Shown one piece after another: positions 43,642-49,940 of a stretch of DNA of 49,940 nucleotides. The stretch is from Selenomonadaceae bacterium. GTDB lineage: Bacteria > Bacillota > Negativicutes > Selenomonadales > Selenomonadaceae. Below the pieces are notes generated by a model. It made no database searches. It worked only from the letters and a program-made list of their open reading frames with translations, and was not told where the DNA came from. Position numbers and translations under genes: made by a program. The DNA lies in the NCBI GenBank assembly GCA_017635875.1, contig JAGBKP010000144.1, forward strand, positions 1 to 49,940, given 5' to 3'. Each line of letters begins with the position of its first letter. Position 1 is the first letter of the stretch.

Positions 43642-45366
43642 ATGCAGTTTTTCAGAGATTTGAGCGTCAAAGGCAAGCTCCTGTCGCTTGCCGTTATCGC
43701 GGCGATAGGACTCCTCTTTATGGTGCGCTCCGCTTATGTGTCTATGGAAGAATCCAAAACAGACACGGACAGAATGTTCACGCAAAATGTGCGCGCGCTG
43801 TACGCTATCGGCAACTGTCGTCACGCTATGCGCTATATGCAGGGTATGATGCTTATAGCGACTTCATCTAATGATCCGAAGCGCATAAAGGATGTTACCG
43901 CAAAATATGAAACGGGCAAAAAAGAGATACAGACCAACTGGGCGGCTTTTGAGGAACTTGCCAAAAATGACCCCGATATGGCCGAATCCACCGGCGAAGC
44001 AAAAAAAGCTCTCGATACTTACGTAAAAGCCCTTGACTAAGCTATGAGCCTTGCCGGAAACGGCGACGGTCCTGCGGGTCGCGCACATTACGACAAACAC
44101 GGCGCGTCGGTTGCTACGGCTCTCGGCAAACACCTTACATCTTTGTCCGATATAGCGGATAAAGCGGCGGAAACAATAAACAAGCAAAACGAAGAAAAAA
44201 TGGATACGGCGGCGTACACCTCCATTACTTACGGCGTAGCCATCGTTATCGTGCTTACGATAGCCAGCCTTTTCGTAACTCGCGAAATAGTAAGTCCTTT
44301 AAGCATTTTAATAGGCTCTTGCGAAAAGATGAAAGCAGGCGACTTCAGACGTCCCCCTGAAGCAGACAGCTTTAACAGAGGCGATGAATTCGGCACGATG
44401 CAACATCATTTTGCCGCTATGCGCGAAAATATCCGCGCTCTTATGGGCAAAATCGCCTCAAGCGCGGACGAACTTTCGTCTTCCGCTCAAGCCTTAACCG
44501 ACAGCGCGTCGCAATCCGCGCAAGCCTCCGACCAAGTGGCTCATTCCGTCACAAACGCGGCGGGCGCGGTAGTGGAACAGCAACAAAACGTGGCGGACAC
44601 AATGGAATCCGTCGATATTTGCCTTGACGCCATCGGAAGACTTACAAGCGAGTCTAAAGACGTTGCGGCGAACGCCAACCAGTCCGAGCAAAACGCGGTG
44701 CAAGGCGCAAAAGCCATTGAAGAATCGGTTGCGACAATTATGGGACTTGAAAAAATCGTCAACCATTCGGCTGAAACAGTTGATAAACTTGGTCAAAGCT
44801 CCGAAGAAATCGGCACTATCGTAGAAGCAATTTCCTCCATTTCCGAGCAGACAAACTTACTCGCCCTTAACGCTGCGATAGAAGCGGCGCGCGCGGGCGA
44901 ACACGGCAGAGGTTTTGCCGTTGTCGCGGACGAAGTGCGAAAGCTTGCCGAAGAATCGCAAAACGCCGCGTCTAAAATCACAACGCTTATTAACGTTATT
45001 CAGTCCGATACATCAGAAGCCGTCAACTCTATGCGCGAAGGCAGCAAGGCGGTTAAAGAAGGCACACGCTCGGTTGAAGCTCTACGCGATACTTTCGATC
45101 AAATTCGCGTATCGTCGGGCGACGTTGCGGGAAGAGTCCGCGGTATGACGGAAGACCTTTCGGGAGTATCGGAAGAAGCGAACAAGATAAAAGAAAAATC
45201 CGAACAAATTTCAGACAGCGGCGGCAAGGTTTCAACCGAAATGGAAACTGTATCGGCCGCCTCCGAGCAGCAATCCGCCTCATCAAACGAAATCGCCCAC
45301 GCAAGCGATTCCTTGGCGCATCTTGCCTCCGATTTGCAGGATTCTTTGAAGAGATATAAATTTTAA
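43642..45366 (+). pseudogene. Methyl-accepting chemotaxis protein interrupted by one in-frame TAA (44038-44040)
   Basis: ORFs 43627-44040 (TM1 plus a 4HB-like sensor half) and 44044-45366 (rest of the sensor, TM2, HAMP, MA domain with [36 protein letters not shown]) are in the same frame, separated only by TAA-GCT. Confidence 0.8.
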
Positions 45367-45545
45367 ATTTTAATCGGATTTCTCTTCATAGTAAACTTTC
45401 ATTTTTGGTACATAATTCCATTCAATATAATTTTTCATATAGGTTGCGTATATCTTTCAAAACATGACGATCAATTCTTCGATTGTCTAAAGGCGTACCA
45501 AAATAAAAAGAATTATTATACGACCTAACAAAGTAAATTGATTTT

Positions 45546-45893
45546 TTGGGTTTTATGATATATAATTATCAGAAATATATGAGAAAATTGAATGGAATGA
45601 ATTTTATGTTTTATCCTTTTTTATCGCTATCAGACGGAACAGAAATTGTTTATTCCGATTTAAAACAAAAAGATATCAAAAATTATGTAATTGTTAAATT
45701 TGAACGTTGGAATGAAAAGCGAGATGATTTTGACAGTATGGAATGTGAATTGCCTAATGGGAATATGAAAAAAATTATAGGTTTTACGGATGAAGAGGTT
45801 AAGCATTATCATAAGAAAATGATACATCTTCAAGATATGATTCTTGAATGTTCTAAGGAAGATACGGAGATGGAATTATGCAAAAGAATATAA
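45546..45893 (+). CDS. Hypothetical small protein
   Basis: 115-aa ORF in the AT-rich island. The true start is possibly an internal Met (MNFMFYPF...). No recognisable domain. Confidence 0.4.
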   Translation: MGFMIYNYQKYMRKLNGMNFMFYPFLSLSDGTEIVYSDLKQKDIKNYVIVKFERWNEKRDDFDSMECELPNGNMKKIIGFTDEEVKHYHKKMIHLQDMILECSKEDTEMELCKRI

Positions 45894-46120
45894 ATTTTAA
45901 ATACAAATACAATCCTAGTGATTTTGAAGATGAAGAAGAAAAATATTTCAAAGATTGGTTGGATAAAATGTATAAAGGATATGAAGATAAAGACCCAGTA
46001 CAATTTGAAATGTATCGCGCATTTGCAACGGATGAATTAAAGTGTCTATGGAAAAGCGGAGTCATAGCTAAAGTAAAGGCAGATGAAATAAAAGAATATA
46101 TTTGGGGGTTAAAAGTATAA
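45878..46120 (+). CDS. Hypothetical small acidic protein
   Basis: 80-aa ORF overlapping the previous ORF by 16 nt and followed by a strong terminator. Confidence 0.4.
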   Translation: MQKNINFKYKYNPSDFEDEEEKYFKDWLDKMYKGYEDKDPVQFEMYRAFATDELKCLWKSGVIAKVKADEIKEYIWGLKV

Positions 46121-46190
46121 TTGATTTAACTGAAGCAAAAATGTAAAGAAAAACGAATTATAGTCTATAACATTATATAGGTATTGCAAT

Positions 46191-46222
46191 AAAAAAAGAC
46201 TGTCAACCGACAGTTTTTTTTG
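46191..46222. terminator. Bidirectional rho-independent terminator
   Basis: AAAAAAA-GACTGTC-AACC-GACAGT-TTTTTTTT. Confidence 0.8.
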
Positions 46223-46366
46223 CAATATTTACATATTTTCTTCAGATGTTAGAAACTCTAACACGCCATCTTCATAATTAGCATAACCTGCATTGACCAT
46301 TAAGGCTATTAACAAATCAAAATCGTTGCCGCGATTTAATGATAAATTTAAGGAAGGTGAGAAATA

Positions 46367-47467
46367 ATGCAAATAAACTTAATGCATCTCGATATTCCTG
46401 TTGCTTTTCTTAATATCGACGATGAAAGAGGATATATTCACAGCGATATTAAAATTATTACTAAAGAACATTTGCCAATATCAGTCCTAACTTCTAGTAA
46501 TATTGCGCTATCGTTACAAAATTGGGTGGATAATAGAAGCATACCTCTATCCCGAAAAAATCTAAATATGCTTTTAAACGATAAAATAAATTCACCTCGT
46601 ATGCTTTCCTTTAAAAGTCTTGGACTGAATTTATCCGATTGTTATTGGTTTAAACCTGTTGCTCTTGATTTGACTTGGAAACAAGTCAATCTATTTAACA
46701 ACGATTTTACTTCTAAAATTTTTTTAGAAAATAATTTAAAAATAAATCCCGATTATAGTTCTAATGGAGAATTACTAAAATATTGGAAAATAGAAAACGG
46801 AAAAAGATTTCTCTATAAAGAGGGAACTTTGCCTTTTTATCAAGAACCCTTTAATGAGGTTTTTGCTTCAAAACTACTAAAAAAATTAAATTTACCGCAC
46901 ATAAAATACGAATTAACAACAATAGATAATAATATTTATAGCGTATGTGAAACTTTTTCCAACGAAAATACAGAATATATTCCCGCCAATGAAATTTTAA
47001 ATGTCAGAACAAAGTTAAACCACGAAAGCGCATATTTACACTTTATTGAATGTATCAAATCTCTAAATATTCCTATCGGACAGAATTTTTTAGATAATAT
47101 GATTTGTTTTGATTATTTAATTCATAATGAAGATAGGCATTACGGCAATTTTGGTTTTTTGCGTAATGCAGAAACTCTTGAATTTATAAATACCGCTCCT
47201 ATTTTTGATAGTGGAAACAGTCTTTGGTATCATAATCTTACAAAAGATATAAAATTTAAAGACCGCCCCGCTAAACCGTTTAAAGACACACAAGAAAAAC
47301 AAATTAAATTAGTAAAAAATATTTTTCCTGTAAATATTACAAACGAATGGATTAAAGACACTTTATATGAAATTTATTCACAAAACGAATTATTTGACGA
47401 TGAAAGAATTGAAAAATTAACTGACGTTGTAATAACCTTAAAAAGTTTTTTACTAAAAAGGAGTTGA
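46367..47467 (+). CDS. HipA-like serine/threonine kinase (toxin-type) with no adjacent HipB
   Basis: 366 aa. Catalytic loop IHNEDRHYGNFGF (D256-x-H-x-x-N261) and Mg-binding APIFDSGNS (D281), spaced as in the HipA C-terminal domain. N-terminal SLSDCYWFKP-type motif. Confidence 0.72.
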   Translation: MQINLMHLDIPVAFLNIDDERGYIHSDIKIITKEHLPISVLTSSNIALSLQNWVDNRSIPLSRKNLNMLLNDKINSPRMLSFKSLGLNLSDCYWFKPVALDLTWKQVNLFNNDFTSKIFLENNLKINPDYSSNGELLKYWKIENGKRFLYKEGTLPFYQEPFNEVFASKLLKKLNLPHIKYELTTIDNNIYSVCETFSNENTEYIPANEILNVRTKLNHESAYLHFIECIKSLNIPIGQNFLDNMICFDYLIHNEDRHYGNFGFLRNAETLEFINTAPIFDSGNSLWYHNLTKDIKFKDRPAKPFKDTQEKQIKLVKNIFPVNITNEWIKDTLYEIYSQNELFDDERIEKLTDVVITLKSFLLKRS

Positions 47468-47832
47468 AATCAATGTCGGACAAAACATTTAAAAATATAA
47501 AAAAAGCCGCCCCTTTTTTATTCGGAGCGGCTCAAGTATTCGGAAGCGCAATATTTACTTTAATACTTGCAATTTTTTTGCTTGCAAATGTTATAATCGG
47601 AAGTATGAAAATAAATTCTTTATCCGAGCGAATTGAAGCATTGGAAGAAAAAAATCAAAACATTGTCGAAATTCAAAAAGAAATGGAAGAGCAACGAAAA
47701 ACTTTAGAAATTTTGATAGGCGAAAGAAAGCAACAAACAGAAGTAAATAAATTTGACGATGCTCTCGACAAGTTTTTGGAGCGAACCATAAAATTAAGCG
47801 AAGCTATTAAAGAGCAGGAAAATAAGAAGTAA
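47464..47832 (+). CDS. Membrane-anchored coiled-coil protein, translationally coupled to the HipA-like gene
   Basis: 122 aa. One TM segment (FGSAIFTLILAIFLLANVIIG), then a Glu/Lys-rich coiled coil. The TTG at 47464 overlaps the kinase TGA; an alternative ATG lies at 47473. Confidence 0.5.
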   Translation: MKSMSDKTFKNIKKAAPFLFGAAQVFGSAIFTLILAIFLLANVIIGSMKINSLSERIEALEEKNQNIVEIQKEMEEQRKTLEILIGERKQQTEVNKFDDALDKFLERTIKLSEAIKEQENKK

Positions 47833-47850
47833 AATAGACAAATATATAAC

Positions 47851-47891
47851 CGCCAGAAACTAGATTTTATCTAAGTTTCTAGCGTTTTTTT
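47851..47891 (+). terminator. Rho-independent terminator
   Basis: CGCCAGAAACT...AGTTTCTAGCG stem followed by T7. Confidence 0.75.
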
Positions 47892-47905
47892 ATATTTACT
47901 CTGAA

Positions 47906-47934
47906 TTGACAGAATTTTATATAAATGATATAAT
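47906..47934 (+). promoter_or_regulatory. Consensus sigma-70 promoter (TTGACA, 17 nt, TG-n-TATAAT)
   Basis: TTGACA at 47906-47911, a 17-nt spacer ending in TGA, and TATAAT at 47929-47934. This is a perfect match to both hexamers plus the extended -10. Confidence 0.65.
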
Positions 47935-48040
47935 GAAACAAAAATATTGCTTTTTCTTCAAATACAAAAAGGATTTCGCACCCCTTATCTCGAATATATC
48001 TTCAGTAGTAAATCGAGAGAAAGGGTGTGAAACTTCATAT

Positions 48041-49024
48041 ATGGCAGAAAATACAAGCAATACGCCTTTTGATGATGCATACAGAACTTTATCCGCAAAG
48101 GGTACAAGGTTGATGATACCTTTGATAAATTATATGTTTCATCAAAAGTATTCGATGGATGTACCTATAACGCTTTTAAATAATGAAACCAACGAAGATA
48201 ATTCAAAGGCAATTACAGATTCAAGATTTATGGTTGGGGATAATCATTTATATAATATCTTTATTATCGAAGAACAAACAAATTTAGATAAAGATATTCC
48301 ATATCGTTTATACGATTATATGTTAAGGCATGCGCTTTCTCATCTATCTAAAATGTATAAAAACGGGAAAATTATTCTTCCAAGCGTAGGCGTTTTAAAT
48401 CTTCGTGATGACAATAAAGATATAAAACCTATGACATTAGTGCATACAAACAGTGAAATTGATGTTACTATGAAGGACATCAGTATGCAAAATGTTGAAA
48501 ATCTTGAAAAATTAGCGGAAAACAAATTATACTGTTTAATGCCGTTTTACGCTTTTATGATGGAAAAGCGGTTAAGAAATTCCGATACCGAAGAAGCAAA
48601 GAAATTGTATTTGCAAGAACTTAGTAAGTATCGTGATATAATAGAGAAAGCTAAAAATAATGGAGATTTAATTGCTGACGAATCGTATACTTTAGACGAT
48701 ATAAGGCAAATGGTAATAGATGGTCTTAAATTTGAAAAAGATGGTTTAAATACAAAGGAGTTGGAAAAAATGGGAGGAAGAATTGTAGAATTAGAACATG
48801 AAAAAAGATTTAGAGAAGGACAAGAAAAAGCTGAATTTTCTGTGTTCCAAAATTTAATGACTCCAATATTAAAGAAACATAAAAATATTGAAGATGGGAA
48901 AAGATTATGCAATACATTATTACCAAATTGGGGAATGGCAAAGATTAATAGTAAAGTAGCTGAGTTAGCTCATAAACTCAATGTTGATTTAGGTCCCACA
49001 TCTCCGCCGCTTCCCCCACGTTAA
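48041..49024 (+). CDS. PD-(D/E)XK nuclease, Rpn/YhgA-like ('transposase_31'-type) protein
   Basis: NTPFDDAYRTL start resembles the Rpn N-terminal box. The D...EEQ core (ITDSRFMVGD...IFIIEEQT) fits the family pattern as I recall it. ATG at 48041 preferred, because the ORF-track TTG at 47906 is the promoter -35 box. Confidence 0.55.
   Translation: MAENTSNTPFDDAYRTLSAKGTRLMIPLINYMFHQKYSMDVPITLLNNETNEDNSKAITDSRFMVGDNHLYNIFIIEEQTNLDKDIPYRLYDYMLRHALSHLSKMYKNGKIILPSVGVLNLRDDNKDIKPMTLVHTNSEIDVTMKDISMQNVENLEKLAENKLYCLMPFYAFMMEKRLRNSDTEEAKKLYLQELSKYRDIIEKAKNNGDLIADESYTLDDIRQMVIDGLKFEKDGLNTKELEKMGGRIVELEHEKRFREGQEKAEFSVFQNLMTPILKKHKNIEDGKRLCNTLLPNWGMAKINSKVAELAHKLNVDLGPTSPPLPPR
48728..48819 (+). repeat. 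92-nt direct repeat, copy A (inside the Rpn-like gene)
   Basis: About 85 of 92 nt identical to 49052-49143 (AAATTTGAAAAAGATGGTTTAAATACAAAGGAGTTGGAAAAAATGGGAGGAAGAATTGT...). Confidence 0.9.
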
Positions 49025-49294
49025 GGTACTTCAACTAATGATACCTTTGATAAATTTGAAAAAAATGGTTTAAATACAAAGGAGTTGGAAAAAATGGGAG
49101 GAAGAATTGTTGAGTTAGGACATGAAAAGAGATATAGAGAAGGCATTGAACAAGGTAGACGAGAAGCCACCGCTAAATATGGAGCAGAAAATGCAAAATT
49201 AAAAGCACAAATTGCAGAACTTCAACAATATAAGAAAAGATACGATAAGTTGGAAGCAAAATTTAACAAAAAAACCGCCGCCCCCCAACGCTAA
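49024..49294 (+). pseudogene. Internally deleted remnant of a second Rpn-like paralog
   Basis: 49024-49057 matches 48100-48133 (GGTAC...ATGATACCTTTGATAAATT). 49052-49143 matches 48728-48819. The two 3' ends are also similar (CCGCCGC..CCCC.ACG.TAA). About 600 nt of internal gene sequence is missing. Confidence 0.6.
49052..49143 (+). repeat. 92-nt direct repeat, copy B
   Basis: See copy A. Confidence 0.9.
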
Positions 49295-49311
49295 CAAACA
49301 AAAGAAAGGTC

Positions 49312-49605
49312 GTGAACATAGTGGAATTTAACAGTAGACCTATGGAAGTCGGTTTTGCATTTGCCGATAAAGAAGCATATAATTTATATGAAATAACAGA
49401 AAATCTCGAAGAATATTACAGACAAAAAGCTCCGAATTTATGGAACGCTTGGATTAGAACAAATAATATGTTGGTGGAACAGCAAGAACGGTTAGATAAA
49501 CAAGGTGTGAAATTAAATAATTTAAATACAACATTAAATAATTTGAACAAAAAATTAGATTTTTTGATAAATCAACAAGAAAAACAAAATAATTTTTCAA
49601 GGTAA
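49312..49605 (+). CDS. Hypothetical coiled-coil protein
   Basis: 97-aa ORF with a GTG start and an Asn/Leu-rich coiled-coil C-terminus. Followed by a terminator hairpin (AAGAAGCC...GGCTTCTT plus T-run) at 49611-49650. Confidence 0.4.
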   Translation: MNIVEFNSRPMEVGFAFADKEAYNLYEITENLEEYYRQKAPNLWNAWIRTNNMLVEQQERLDKQGVKLNNLNTTLNNLNKKLDFLINQQEKQNNFSR

Positions 49606-49650
49606 ATTAAAAGAAGCCGAGGATTTGATTCCTAGGCTTCTTTTTTTTGA

Positions 49651-49940
49651 TTATTTTTTTCCTTTTTTATCAGCTAAATCTTTATGACTAACTGTTCCGG
49701 TTGCGGGAGCTGATACCGGCACCCACGCAAATGTGCTGTTAGTTCCGCTAGGCGACATAACCTGCGCTTTTGCAAATTTTCCATCGCTAGAAATATTGCT
49801 GGGGTCAGAATTGGGAAGTTTAGAATATTGTAAACCTCCCGCGCTTCCTTGAGGTAAAACTGCCGAAAATGTTGGTAATTGCGGTTTATCCGAATTACGA
49901 ACGGGAATATTGGGATTTAATCCTTGCAACATTCTTTCAA
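49651..49940 (-). CDS. Hypothetical protein, C-terminal part (may continue beyond the right edge)
   Basis: Open frame to the window edge. Ser/Pro/Gly-rich with a Lys-rich tail. No domain recognised. Confidence 0.3.
   Translation of the reverse strand, partial: ERMLQGLNPNIPVRNSDKPQLPTFSAVLPQGSAGGLQYSKLPNSDPSNISSDGKFAKAQVMSPSGTNSTFAWVPVSAPATGTVSHKDLADKKGKK

Noticed and set aside
45367-45545. Looked for an integrase fragment, tRNA or attachment repeat at the left boundary of the AT-rich island
   Set aside because: Only frames of 28 aa or fewer with stops in all phases, no tRNA-like cloverleaf, and no direct repeat matching the right part of the window.
46222-46380. Short minus-strand frame (...NRGNDFDLLIALMVNAGYANYEDGVLEFLTSEENM*) upstream of the HipA-like gene, considered as a possible divergent antitoxin or HipB remnant
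   Set aside because: It is below 60 aa, has no convincing start or SD, runs into the kinase coding region, and has no HTH-like pattern that I can see.
1-49940. Scanned for rRNA, tRNA, tmRNA, group II intron or IS/transposase signatures
   Set aside because: None recognised. The only transposase-like item is the Rpn/YhgA-type PD-(D/E)XK gene, which lacks terminal inverted repeats.

Overview
This is a roughly 50 kb chromosomal segment from a low-GC anaerobe that is chemotactic (CheX, REC-CheX, MCP) and carries HydF. Gene order is Firmicutes-like: dprA-topA-trmFO-(hydrolase)-hslV-hslU, and ftsQ/DUF881/sbp/ftsZ followed by dapB-asd. It also carries outer-membrane and LPS genes (three Skp/OmpH paralogs, lpxD, an LpxL-like acyltransferase), so a diderm Firmicute (Negativicutes-like) is my inference, not a demonstrated assignment. 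Most of the window is housekeeping: uvrC, nth, priA, xth, recQ, hydF, ttcA-like, and an AzgA-type purine permease.

Four things stand out.
1) Five intergenic copies of a tripartite homopyrimidine/homopurine element. Each has a mirror pyrimidine arm (Ym), a pyrimidine arm (Y) and a complementary purine arm (R). This is the layout of a designed intramolecular triple helix. The tracts differ between copies but stay in three-way register within each copy.
2) An accessory island at 17.6-23.5 kb, between the chemotaxis genes and ttcA. It holds a 694-aa fusion of a single-HKD PLD nuclease domain with an SF3-helicase-like P-loop NTPase (candidate uncharacterised defence gene). It also holds an orphan HlyD-like adaptor and a C-protein-controlled R-M cassette with two methyltransferases and a small HNH endonuclease.
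3) A visibly AT-rich island from about 45.4 kb to the right edge. It holds a HipB-less HipA-like kinase coupled to a membrane coiled-coil gene, and a PD-(D/E)XK Rpn/YhgA-like gene followed by an internally deleted paralog remnant.
4) Smaller items: an MCP gene split by one in-frame TAA, a structured non-classical leader upstream of the purine permease, YoeB and BrnT/BrnA toxin-antitoxin pairs, and a 21-nt in-frame tandem repeat.

All calls rest on reading the supplied translations and the DNA by eye. No database search or GC calculation was run.
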